This document shows positions 26,101 to 39,600 of a DNA stretch of 64,000 nucleotides, one piece after another (the first letter of the stretch is position 1; the number at the start of each line of letters is the position of its first letter). The notes beneath the pieces were generated by a model. That model was not told where the DNA came from and ran no database searches. It saw only the letters and a list, made by a program, of their open reading frames with translations. The DNA is from Amphiscolops sp. MND2022 (lineage: Eukaryota), in the NCBI GenBank assembly GCA_964187785.1, contig OZ076413.1, positions 47,120,001-47,184,000 of the forward strand. The letters run 5' to 3'. Made by a program: the position numbers and the translations under genes.

Positions 26101-29100
26101 TCCAAACTTTTTCATTTCGGACATCATTTTAGCGCGGTTACCTGAAAGTTTCCTGAAGACACCCATCATTTTGGACCTCGTTCATATTGATAAAAATGGT
26201 GTTTTTCTGACTCAGATTTGCCTGTCGTTACTTTTCTTGAAGTTAGATGCGCCATGGCAGACAGCATCCAGTGAGTGTCGTTTTGATCGAATTGTGCCAT
26301 CCTTGTTTAAGGGGGTTTCTCTTCAGACTAGTCTTGAGGTTTGGTCGAAGCTTCAAACTAATCCCTCTATGCTAACTTTGTCATTGCGACGTTCTTGCCT
26401 TGCACTGAAAGTTCATTTGGGTTTTACCTTTTAACTAGATGATTTTCGATATTCACTTTTGGTTTTCTCCGAGCGTACTTTTGATGCCGCCATCAGAAAC
26501 AGCAGCTGTGGATCTAATGAAGCGTGAAGAAAAATGCGTATCTAAGGACACAAAAATCGCGTACTGAACTAGTTTTTCTCCGCTTTCGGTACTGATACGG
26601 AGGGAGTGAACTATGCACAAAAAAACAAGATGATCAATGCCTTAACTTCGAACAATTACCCTCTCGCCTGAATGATATCTCTCCACAGTCAAAATGCTTC
26701 TGGAACCTTCAAAGACAACTGATTCTTCCTCATTTTTGGGGTATCAGCTTCTGCGGTCAAGCCCAGTGAATTTGTAACGGGAGGATGCACTTTGTTTCTT
26801 TTCGTCAGATTTTGTGATTTGTTTTTTTTTGTTGTTTCATTGAAATAAATTGTTTATGCTTTTCACCTTCTTTGTTTTCCCTCCGGTCTCAATATATTAA
26901 AGATCCGTTTTGTGGAGATATTTGCGCCGTAGTTTTCCTGCAATGCTTAATGCGGTTGTTATGTTGACCAGTTTCGAATTTACTGGTTGAGTTTGCAGAC
27001 TATTCTCATCTATTTTAATCGAAGTCATTACGCTAATTTTGCCGGAAACTATCATGTTGCGCTTGATTTTTTTCCATGATTTTTTTAAAAAGATTTGAAA
27101 TATTGTCCTCTAAACAAAATTCTGGAGACATTCACGATAAACTGTCTCTTCTTCCTTGGAAACAGGTAAGCTGTTTTCTGGCACCAGGTGATCGTGTGTT
27201 GACGAGAAACGTGTCCGTTCGCTGTGAGAGCTTCTGAGAAAGTGATGACTAATTCAACTTGCTGGTATTTTTTTCGAAGCGTAGATTGCGTCTTCTCTAA
27301 CGATGAAGTTTTGCTCCGAAGACTCATGACTTGCTCCAAGATTTTAACCTACAACCAAAAGATTTTCGTCTGCGATTTTCGTATTTAGTATGATGAAATG
27401 GTTTTCACATGTTAACTGGCGATTTCTTCCAATCTAGTCCTGAAGTTGTCTGATGAGAGCTCGAAGCTAATGCTGTTATACCCAACTTAGTCATCGGGAG
27501 TGTTTGTCTCGGTCAAGTTTGCTGTGAACTGTTTTCCAAAACCTTCATTGGGTTTTCAAACCTTGTAACACGATGATCAATTTTTAGCTTCTAAAGTAAT
27601 GCAGCTAATTCTCTCAATTAGGTGAGTAGAATTTGTTTTCAATAAGCGACCGTGTTGACTTGGTAATTAAGCCTTTGCTTAGAAACTTTGCAAAAGTAAA
27701 TCCAAAAGTTTTGTTTACCGAATTCGTAGCATAAATTAAAGTTGTGAATCGATTTTCTGCGAACGCGCATTTTCCTCTCAGCCATCGTAGATTTTGTCAA
27801 TGAATTGTTCGTTTTTTGTAGGTGTATCTCACTAGGCAGTTTTGCCGAGAATTGGATATCGATTTTCATGTAGTGGTTGAAGTGAGAGATTGAGTCCATA
27901 TCTTTTGTCACATATGCTGTGGAATGTCGTCATGGCAACTTTCTCAAGTTAAACCCTTTCGGATTCGAGAGTGTCTGCCTGGTCACCTTCAGACCTCAAA
28001 AGAGGCCCTTTTGCCGTGTCAATTCGTTTCAAGCAGCTATCTTGTTCTAAATCCAGTAAATCAGCTGTCACTCAGCCTTCAATATAGTGGATGCAAAAGT
28101 TTCGCTTCATTTGAGTATCAGAGCTGAAGATGTACTGTTTGGATTTTTCTGCCTGAGGTTTTTAGGTTGCTATTTTTGAATGCAAACCTTTCAGGAACAA
28201 AATTCTTCGAAATGTGCATAGAAGTGAAACGTCTATGCCACTGAACTTAAAAATTGAGTCGTGAAGAATCAGTTGTGATTCGTTTTTCATTGAACGCTTT
28301 TTCCTGACTAACGTTGATTTGCGGACAGCTAATGCCATTTCTTATTTGAAGTTTTCCATGAGTCCATTTCCGTAAACTCCAAACTTTTTCATTTCGGACA
28401 TCATTTTAGCGCGGTTACCTGAAAGTTTCCTGAAGACACCCATCATTTTGGACCTCGTTCATATTGATAAAAATGGTGTTTTTCTGACTCAGATTTGCCT
28501 GTCGTTACTTTTCTTGAAGTTAGATGCGCCATGGCAGACAGCATTCAGTGAGTGTCGTTTTGATCGAATTGTGCCATCCTTGTTTAAGGGGGTTTCTCTT
28601 CAGACTAGTCTTCAGGTTTGGTCGAAGCTTCAAACTAATCCCTCTATGCTAACTTTGTCATTGCGACGTTCTTGCCTTGCACTGAAAGTTAATTTGGGTT
28701 TTACCTTTTAACTAGATGACTTTCGATATTCACTTTTGGTTTTTTCCGAGCGTACTTTTGATGCCGCCATCAGAAACAGCAGCTGTGGATCTAATGAAGC
28801 GTGAAGAAAAATGCGTATCTAAGGACACAAAAATCGCGTACTGAACTCGTTTTTCTCCGCTTTCGGTACTGATACGGAGGGAGTGAACTATGCACAAAAA
28901 AAACAAGATGATCAATGCCTTAACTTTGAACAATTACCCTCTCGCCTGAATGATATCTCTCCACAGTCAAAATGCTTCTGGAACCTTCAAAGACAACTGA
29001 TTCTTCCTCATTTTTGGGGTATCAGCTTCTGCGGTCAAGCCCAGTGATTTTGTAACGGGAGGATGCACTTTGTTTCTTTTCGTCAGATTTTGTGATTTGT

Positions 29101-32100
29101 TTTTTTTTGTTGTTTCATTGAAATAAATTGTTTATGCTTTTCACCTTCTTTGTTTTCCCTCCGGTCTCAAAATATTAAAGATCCGTTTTGTAGAGATATT
29201 TGCGCCGTAGTCTTCCTGCAATGCCTTATGCGGTTGTTATGTTGACCAGTTTCGAATTTACTGGTTGAGTTTGCAGACTTTTCATCTATTTTAATCGAAG
29301 TCATTACGCTAATTTTGCCGGAAACTATCATGTTGCGCTTGATTTTTTTCCATGAATTTTTTTAAAAGATTTGAAATATTGTCCTCTAAACAAAATTCTG
29401 GAGACATTCACGATAAACTGTCTCTTCTTCCTTGGAAACAGGTAAGCTGTTTTCTGGCACCAGGTGATCGTGTGTTGACGAGAAACGTGTCCGTTCGCTG
29501 TGAGAGCTTCTGAGAAAGTGATGACTAATTCAACTTGCTGGTATTTTTTTCGAAGCGTAGATTGCGTCTTGCTTCTCTAACGATGAAGTTTTGCTCCGAA
29601 GACTCATGACTTGCTCCAAGATTTTATCCTACAACCAAAAGATTTTCGTTTGCGATTTTTGTATTTAGTGTGATGAAGTTGTTTTCACATGTTGACTGGC
29701 GATTTCTTCCAATCTAGTCCTGAAGTTGTCTGATGAGAGCTCGAAGCTAATGCTCTTATACCCAACTTAGTCATCGGGAGTGTTTGTCTCGGTCAAGTTT
29801 GCTGTGAACTGTTTTCCAAAAATTTCATTGGGTTTTCAAAACTTCTAACACGATGATCAATTTTTAGCTTCTAAAGTAATGCAGCTAATTCTCTCAATTA
29901 GGTGAGCAGAATTTGTTTTCAATAAGCGACCGTGTTGACTTGGTAATTAAGCCTTTGCTTAGAAACTTTGCAAAAGTAAATCCAAAAGTTTTGTTTTCCG
30001 ATTTCGTAGCATAAATTAAAGTTGTGAATCGATTTTCTGCCAACGCGCATTTTCCTCTCTACCATTGTAGATTTTGTCAATGGATTGTTCTTTTTTTGTA
30101 GGTGTATCTCACTAGGCAGTTTTGCCGCGAATTGGATATCGATTTTCATGTAGTGGTTGAAGTGAGAGATTGAGTCCATGTCTTTTGTCACATATGCTGT
30201 GGAATGTCGTCATGGCAACTTTCTCAAGTTAAACCCTTTCGGATTCGAGAGTGTCTGCCTGGTCACCTTCAGACCTCAAAAGAGGCCCTTTTGCCGTGTC
30301 AATTCGTTTCAAGCAGCGATCTTGTTCTAAATCCAGTAAATCAGCTGTCACTCAGCCTTCAATATAGTGGATGCAAAAGTTTCGCTTCATTTGAGTATCA
30401 GAGCTGAAGATGTACTGTTTGGATTTTTCTGCCTGAGGTTTTTAGGTTGCTATTTTTGAACGCAAACCTTTCAGGAACATAAATTCTTCGAAATGTACAT
30501 AGAAGTGAAACGTCTATGCCACTGAACTTAAAAATTGAGTCGTGAGGAATCAGTTGTGATTCGTTTTTCATTGAACGCTTTTTCCTGACTAACGTTGATT
30601 TGCGGACAGCTAATGCCATTTTTTATTTGAAGTTTTCCATGAGTCCATTTCCGTAAACTCCAAACTTTTTCATTTCGGACATCATTTTAGCGCGGTTACC
30701 TGAAAGTTTCCTGAAGACACCCATCATTTTGGACCTCCTTCATATTGATAAAAATGGTGTTTTTCTGACTCAGATTTGCCTGTCGTTACTTTTCTTGAAG
30801 TTAGATGCGCCATGGCAGACAGCATTCAGTGAGTGTCGTTTTGATCGAATTGTGCCATCCCTGTTTAAGGGGGTTTCTCTTCAGACTAGTCTTGAGGTTT
30901 GGTCGAAGCTTCAAACTAATCCCTCTATGCTAACTTTGTCATTGCGACGTTCTTGCCTTGCACTGAAAGTTCATTTGGTTTTTACTTTTTAACTAGATGA
31001 CTTTCGATATTCACTTTTGTGTTTTTTCCGAGCGTACTTCTGATGCCGCCATCAGAAACAGCAGCTTTGGATCTGATGAATCATGAAGAAAAATGCGTAT
31101 CTAAGGACACAAAACTCGCGTACTGAACTCGTTTTTCTCCGCTTTCGGTACTGATACGGAGGGAGTGAACTATGCACAAAAAACAAGATGATCATTGCCC
31201 GCCACAAGATGTTATCCCGCCACAGTCAAAATGCTTCTGGAACCTTCAAAGACAGCTGATTCTGCCTCATTTTAGGGCTATCAGCTTCTGTGGTCAAGCC
31301 CAGTGAATTTGTAACGGGAAGATGCACTTTGTTTCTTTTCGTCAGAATTTGTTATTTGTTTGTTGTTTCATTGAAATAAATTGTTTATGCTTTTTACCTT
31401 ATTTGTTTTGCCTCCGGTCTCAATAAATTAAAGATCCGTTTTTTGGAGATATTTGCGCCGTAGTTTTCCTGCTATGCTTTATGCGGTTGTTAGGTTGACC
31501 AGAGTTTGCAGACTATTTTCATCTATTTTAATTGAAGTCATTACGCTAATTTTGCCGAAAACTATCATGTTGCGTTTGATTTCTTTCCATGAATTTTTTC
31601 AAAGATTTGAAATATTATCCTTTAAACAAAATTCTGGAGACGTTCACGATAGACTGTCTCTTCTTCCTTGGAAACAGGTAACCTGTTTTTCTGGCACCAG
31701 GTGATCGTCTGTTGACGAGCAACGTGTCCGTTCGCTGTGAGAGCTTCTGAGAATGTGATGACTTTAATTCAATTTGCTGGTATCTTTCTTTTTTTTTCGG
31801 AGCGTAGACTGCGTGCGTCTTTTTTTTCTAACGATGAAGTTTTGCTCCGAAGACTCATGACTTGCTCCAAGATTTTAACCTACAACCAAAAGATTTTCAT
31901 CTTCGATTTTTTCGTATTTAGTGTGATAGTTGTTTTCCCATGTTAACTGGCGATTCCTTCCAATCTAGTCCTGAAGTTGTCCGATGAGAGCTCCAAACTA
32001 ATGCTCTTATACCCAACTTAGTCATCGGGAGTGTTTGTCTCTGTCAAGTTTGCTGTGAACTGTTTTTCAAAAATTTCATTGGGTTTTCAAACCTTGTAAC

Positions 32101-32520
32101 ACGGTGAAATCAATTTTTAGCTACTAAAATATTGTTACAGTTCATTCTCTGAATTAGATGAGCTGAATTGGTTCCCAATGAGCGACAGTGTTGACTTGGT
32201 AGTTTAGCCTTTGCTCAGAGCTTGCAAAGGTAAAAGCTAAGGTTTTGCTTACCGAATTTATAGCATAAATTTGTTTTCAAACGTTCGGAAGACGATTTAT
32301 TTTCATAAATCGCCCGGAATTGAAAGATTCACGTCCCGAACTCCAAAAAAATGGGTTCACTGTTGTGAAGAATAAGTTGTGAATCCGTTTCTTGCAAACG
32401 CGCATTTTCCTCTCAACCATTGTAGATTTTGTCAATGGATTGTTCGTTTTTTGTAGGTGTGTTTCACTAGGCAGTTTTGCCGAGAATTTGATATCGATTT
32501 TCATGTAGTGGTTGAAGTGA

Positions 32521-35500
32521 GAGATTGAGTCCATGTCTTTTGTCACATAAGCTGTGGAATGTCGTCATGGCAACTTTCTCAAGTTAAACCCTTTCGGATT
32601 CGAGAGTGTCTGCCTGGTCACCTTCAGACCTCAAAAGAGGCCCTTTTGCCGTGTCAATGCGTTTCAAGCAGCGATCTTGTTCTAAATCCAGTAAATCAGC
32701 TGTGACTCAGCCTTCAATATAGTGGATGCAAAAGTTTCGCTTCATTTGAGTATCAGAGCTGAAGATGTACTGTTTGGATTTTTCTGCCTGAGGTTTTTAG
32801 GTTGCTATTTTTGAATGCAAACCTTTCAGGAACAAAATTCTTCGAAATGTGCATAGAAGTGAAACGTCTATGCCACTGAACTTAAAAATTGAGTCGTGAA
32901 GAATCAGTTGTGATTCGTTTTTCATTGAACGCTTTTTCCTGACTAACGTTGATTTGCGGACAGCTAATGCCATTCCTTTCCATGAATTTTTTCAAAGATT
33001 TGAAATATACTCCTTTAAACAAAATTCTGGAGACGTTCACGATAGACTGTCTCTTCTTCCTTGGAAACAGGTAGCCTGTTTTTCTGGCACCAGGTGATCG
33101 TCTGTTGACGAGCAACGTGTCCGTTCGCTGTGAGAGCTTCTGAGAATGTGATGACTTTAATTCAATTTGCTGGTATCTTTTTTTTTCGGAGCGTAGACTG
33201 CGTCTTTTTTTTTCTAACGATGAAGTTTTGCCCCGAAGACTCATGACTTGCTCCAAGATTTTAACCTACAACCAAAAGACTTTCATCTTCGATTTTTTCG
33301 TATTTAGTGTGATAAAGTTGTTTTCTCATGTTAACTGGCGATTCCTTCCAATCTAGTCCTGAAGTTGTCCGATGAAAGCTCCAAACTAATGCTCTTATAC
33401 CCAACTTAGTCATCGGGAGTGTTTGTCTCTGTCAAGTTTGCTGTGAACTGTTTTTCAAAAATTTCATTGGGTTTTCAAACCTTGTAACACGGTGAAATCA
33501 ATTTTTAGCTTCTGAAATATTGTTACAGTTCATTCTCTGAATTAGATGAGCTGAATTGGTTCCCAATGAGCGACAGTGTTGACTTGGTAGTTTAGCCTTT
33601 GCTCAGAGCTTGCAAAGGTAAAAGCTAAGGTTTTGCTTACCGAATTTATAGCATAAATTTGTTTTCAAACGTTCGGAAGACGATTTATTTTCATAAATCG
33701 CCCGGAATTGAAAGATTCACGTCCCGAACTCCAAAAAAATGGGTTCACTGTTGTGAAGAATAAGTTGTGAATCCATTTCTTGCAAACGCGCATTTTCCTC
33801 TCAACCATTGTAGATTTTGTCAATGGATTGTTCGTTTTTTGTAGGTGTGTTTCACTAGGCAGTTTTGCCGAGAATTGGATATCGATTTTCATGTAGTGGT
33901 TGAAGTGAGAGATTGAGTCCATGTCTTTTGTCACATAAGCTGTGGAATTTCCTCATGGCAACTTTCTCGAGTTAAACCCTTTCGGATTCGGTGGTGTCTG
34001 CCCGGTCACCTCCAGACCTCGAAAGGGGCCTTTTTGCCGCGTCAATTTGTTTCAAGGAGCGATCGTGTGGTAAATCCAGTAAATAAGCTGTCACTCAGAG
34101 CCTTCAATATAGTGGATGCAAAAGCTCCGCTTCATGGAAGTATCAGAGCTGAAGATGTATTGTTTGGATTTTTCAGCCTTAGGTTTTTAGGTTGCTATTA
34201 TTGAATGCAAACCTTTCAGGAACTAAATTCTTCGAAATGTGCATAGAAGTGAAACGTCTATGCCACTGAACTTAAAAATTGAGTCGTGAAGAATCAGTTG
34301 TGATTCGTTTTTCATTGAACGCTTTTTCCTGACTAACGTTGATTTGCGGACAGCTAATGCCATTCCTTTCCATGAATTTTTTCAAAGATTTGAAATATAC
34401 TCCTTTAAACAAAATTCTGGAGACGTTCACGATAGTCTGTCTCTTCTTCCTTGGAAACAGGTAACCTGTTTTTCTGGCACCAGGTGATCGTCTGTTGACG
34501 AGCAACGTGTCCGTTCGCTGTGAGAGCTTCTGAGAATGTGATGACTTTAATTCAATTTGCTGGTATCTTTTTTTTTCGGAGCGTAGACTGCGTCTTTTTT
34601 TTCTAACGATGAAGTTTTGCCCCGAAGACTCATGACTTGCTCCAAGATTTTAACCTACAACCAAGACTTTCATCTTCGATTTTTTCGTATTTAGTGTGAT
34701 AAAGTTGTTTTCTCATGTTAACTGGCGATTCCTTCCAATCTAGTCCTGAAGTTGTCCGATGAGAGCTCCAAATTAATGCTCTTATACCCAACTTAGTCAT
34801 CGGGAGTGTTTGTCTCTGTCAAGTTTGCTGTGAACTGTTTTTCAAAAATTTCATTGGGTTTTCAAACCTTGTAACACGGTGAAATCAATTTTTAGCTACT
34901 AAAATATTGTTACAGTTCATTCTCTGAATTAGATGAGCTGAATTGGTTCCCAATGAGCGACAGTGTTGACTTGGTAGTTTAGCCTTTGCTCAGAGCTTGC
35001 AAAGGTAAAAGCTAAGGTTTTGCTTACCGAATTTATAGCATAAATTTGTTTTCAAACGTTCGGAAGACGATTTATTTTCATAAATCGCCCGGAATTGAAA
35101 GATTCACGTCCCGAACTCCAAAAAAATGGGTTCACTGTTGTGAAGAATAAGTTGTGAATCCATTTCTTGCAAACGCGCATTTTCCTCTCAACCATTGTAG
35201 ATTTTGTCAATGGATTGTTCGTTTTTTGTAGGTGTGTTTCACTAGGCAGTTTTGCCGAGAATTTGATATCGATTTTCATGTAGTGGTTGAAGTGAGAGAT
35301 TGAGTCCATGTCTTTTGTCACATAAGCTGTGGAATGTCGTCATGGCAACTTTCTCAAGTTAAACCCTTTCGGATTCGAGAGTGTCTGCCTGGTCACCTTC
35401 AGACCTCAAAAAGGCCTTTTTGCCGTGTCAATTCGTTTCAAGGAGCGATCTTGTTCTAAATCCAGTAAATCAGCTGTCACTCAGCCTTCAATATAGTGGA

Positions 35501-36680
35501 TGCAAAAGTTTCGCTTCATTGAAGTATCAGAGCTGAAGGTGTAATGTTTGGATTTTTCAGCCTTAGGTTTTTAGGTTGCTATTATTGAATGCAAACCTTT
35601 CAGGAACTAAATTCTTCGAAATGTGCATAGAAGTGAAACGTCTATGCCACTGAACTTAAAAATTGAGTCGTGAAGAATCAGTTGTGATTCGTTTTTCATT
35701 GAACGCTTTTTCCTGACTAACGTTGATTTGCGGACAGCTAATGCCATTCCTTTCCATGAATTTTTTCAAAGATTTGAAATATACTCCTTTAAACAAAATT
35801 CTGGAGACGTTCACGATAGTCTGTCTCTTCTTCCTTGGAAACAGGTAACCTGTTTTTCTGGCACCAGGTGATCGTCTGTTGACGAGCAACGTGTCCGTTC
35901 GCTGTGAGAGCTTCTGAGAATGTGATGACTTTAATTCAATTTGCTGGTATCTTTTTTTTTCGGAGCGTAGACTGCGTCTTTTTTTTCTAACGATGAAGTT
36001 TTGCCCCGAAGACTCATGACTTGCTCCAAGATTTTAACCTACAACCAAGACTTTCATCTTCGATTTTTTCGTATTTAGTGTGATAAAGTTGTTTTCTCAT
36101 GTTAACTGGCGATTCCTTCCAATCTAGTCCTGAAGTTGTCCGATGAGAGCTCCAAACTAATGCTCTTATACCCAACTTAGTCATCGGGAGTGTTTGTCTC
36201 TGTCAAGTTTGCTGTGAACTGTTTTTCAAAAATTTCATTGGGTTTTCAAACCTTGTAACACGGTGAAATCAATTTTTAGCTACTAAAATTTTGTTACAGT
36301 TCATTCTCTGAATTAGATGAGCTGAATTGGTTCCCAATGAGCGACAGTGTTGACTTGGTAGTTTAGCCTTTGCTCAGAGCTTGCAAAGGTAAAAGCTAAG
36401 GTTTTGCTTACCGAATTTATAGCATAAATTTGTTTTCAAACGTTCGGAAGACGATTTATTTTCATAAATCGCCCGGAATTGAAAGATTCACGTCCCGAAC
36501 TCCAAAAAAATGGGTTCACTGTTGTGAAGAATAAGTTGTGAATCCATTTCTTGCAAACGCGCATTTTCCTCTCAACCATTGTAGATTTTGTCAATGGATT
36601 GTTCGTTTTTTGTAGGTGTGTTTCACTAGGCAGTTTTGCCGAGAATTTGATATCGATTTTCATGTAGTGGTTGAAGTGAG
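32521..36680 (-). repeat. Sub-array of three ~1.385 kb deletion-derivative units
   Basis: Landmark spacings 1388, 1387, 1384. All share the junction 'gctaatgccatt|cctttccatgaatttt' at ~32974, ~34364 and ~35747, which removes ~965 bp relative to the 30166 unit. Confidence 0.93.
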
Positions 36681-39600
36681 AGATTGAGTCCATGTCTTTT
36701 GTCACATAAGCTGTGGAATGTCGTCATGGCAACTTTCTCAAGTTAAACCCTTTCGGATTCGAGAGTGTCTGCCTGGTCACCTTCAGACCTCAAAAGAGGC
36801 CCTTTTGCCGTGTCAATTCGTTTCAAGCTGCGATCTTGTTCTAAATCCAGTAAATCAGCTGTCACTCAGCCTTCAAGATAGTGATGCAAAAGTTTCGCTT
36901 CATTTGAGTATCAGAGCTGAAGATGTACTGTTTGGATTTTTCTGCCTGAGGTTTTTAGGTTGCTATTTTTGAATGCAAACCTTTCAGGAACAAAATTCTT
37001 CGAAATGTGCATAGAAGTGAAACGTCTATGCCAATGAACTTAAAAATTGAGTCGTGAAGAATCAGTTGTGATTCGTTTTTCATTGAACGCTTTTTCCTGA
37101 CTAACGTTGATTTGCGGACAGCTAATGCCATTTTTTATTTGAAGTTTTCCATGAGTCCATTTCCGTAAACTCCAAACTTTTTCATTTCGGACATCATTTT
37201 ATCGCGGTTACCTGAAAGTTTCCTGAAGACACCCATCATTTTGGACCTCCTTCATATTGATAAAAATGGTGTTTTTCTGACTCAGATTTGCATGTCGTTA
37301 CTTTTCTTGAAGTTAGATGCGCCATGGCAGACAGCATTCAGTGAGTGTCGTTTTGATCGAATTGTGCCATCCCTGTTTAAAGGGTTTTCTCTTCAGACTA
37401 GTCTTGAGGTTTGGTCGAAGCCTCAAACTAATCCCTCTATGCTAAATTTGTCATTGCGACGTTCTTGCCTTGCACTGAAAGTTCATTTGGGTTTTACTTT
37501 TTAACTAGATGACTTTCGATATTCACTTTTGGTTTTTTCCGAGCGTACTTTTGATGCCGCCATCAGAAAAAGCAGCTTTGGATCTAATGAATCATGAAGA
37601 AAAATGCGTATCTAAGGACACAAAAATCGCGTACTGAACTCGTTTTTCTCCATTTTCGGTACTGATACGGAGGGAGTGAACTATGCACAAAAACAAGATG
37701 ATCAATGCCTTAACTTCGAACAATTACCCTCTCGCCTGAATGATATCTCGCCACAGTCAAAATGCTTCTGGAACCTTCAAAGACAACTGATTCTTCCTCA
37801 TTTTTGGGGTATCAGCTTCTGCGGTCAAGCCCAGTGAATTTGGAACGGGAGGATGCACTTTGTTTCTTTTCGTCAGATTTTGTGATTTGTTTTTTTGTTG
37901 TTTCATTGAAATAAATTGTTTATGCTTTTCACCTTATTTGTTTTTCCTCCGGTCTCAATATATTAAAGATCCGTTTTGTGGAGATATTTGCGCCGTAGTT
38001 TTCCTGCAATGTTTATGCGGTTGTTATGTTGACCAGTTTCGAATTTATTGGTCGAGTTTGCAGACTATTTTCATCTATTTTAATCGAAGTCATTACGCTA
38101 ATTTTGCCGGAAACTATCATGTTGCGTTTGATTTTTTTCCATGATTTTTTTTATAGATTTGAAATATTATCCTCTAAACAAAATTCTGGAGACATTCACG
38201 ATAAACTGTCTCTTCTTTCTTGGAAACAGGTAAGCTGTTTTCTGGCACCAGGTGATCGTGTGTTGACGAGAAACGTGTCCGTTCGCTGTGAGAGCTTCTG
38301 AGAAAGTGATGACTTCAATTCAACTTGCTGGTATTTTTTTCGAAGCGTAGACTGCGTCTCTTTTCTCTAACGATGAAGTTTTGCTCCGAAGACTCATGAC
38401 TTGCTTCAAGATTTTAACCTACAACCAAAAGATTTTCTGCGATTTTTTTCGTATTTAGTGTGATGAAGTTGTTTTCACATGTTAACTGGCGATTTCTCAC
38501 AATCTAGTCCTGAAGTTGTCTGATGAGAGCTCGAAGCTAATGCTGTTATACCCAACTTAGTCATCGGGAGTGTTTGTCTCTGTCAAGTTTGCTGTGAACT
38601 GTTTTCCAAAAATTTCATTGGGTTTTCAAACCTTGTAACACGATGATCACTTTTTAGCTTCTAAAGTAATGCAGCTAGTTCTCTCAATTAGGTGAGCAGA
38701 ATTTGTTTTCAATAAACGACCGTGTTGACTTGGTAATTAAGCCTTTGCTTAGAAACTTTGCAAAAGTCAATCCAAAAGTTTTGTTTACTGAATTTGTAGC
38801 ATAAATTAAAGTTGTGAATCGATTTTCTGCGAACGCGCATTCTCCTCTCAACCGTCGTAGATTTTGTCAATGGATTGTTCGTTTTTTGTAGGTGTATCTC
38901 ACTAGGCAGTTTTCGCCGAGAATTGGATATCGATTTTCATGTAGTGGTTGAAGTGAGAGATTGAGTCCATGTCTTTTGTCACATATGCTGTGGAATGTCA
39001 TCATGGCAACTTTCTCGAGTTAAACCCTTTCGGATTCGGTGGTGTCTGCCCGGTCACCTCCAGACCTCGGAAGGGGCCTTTTTGCCGCGTCAATTTGTTT
39101 CAAGGAGCGATCGTGTGGTAAATCCAGTAAATAAGCTGTCACTCAGAGCCTTCAATATAGTGGATGCAAAAGCTCCGCTTCATGGAAGTATCAGAGCTGA
39201 AGATGTATTGTTTGGATTTTTCAGCCTTAGGTTTTTAGGTTGCTATTATTGAATGCAAACCTTTCAGGAACAAAATTCTTCGAAATCTGCGTAGAAGTGA
39301 AACGTATATGCCATTGAACTTAAAAATTGATTCCTGAAGAATCAGTTGTGATTTGATTTTCATTGAACGCTTTTTCCTGACTAACGTTGATTTTGCGGAC
39401 GGCTAATGCCATTTTTAATTTGAAGTTTTCAATGAGTGCATTTCCGTGAACTCCAAACCTTTTCATTTCGGACATCATTTTACGACGGTTTCCTTAAAAC
39501 AATTTCCGGAAGACACCCATCATTTTGGACCTCGTTGATATTGATAAAAATGGTGTTTTTCTGATTTAGATTTGCCTGTCGTTTCTTTTCTTGAAGTTAG

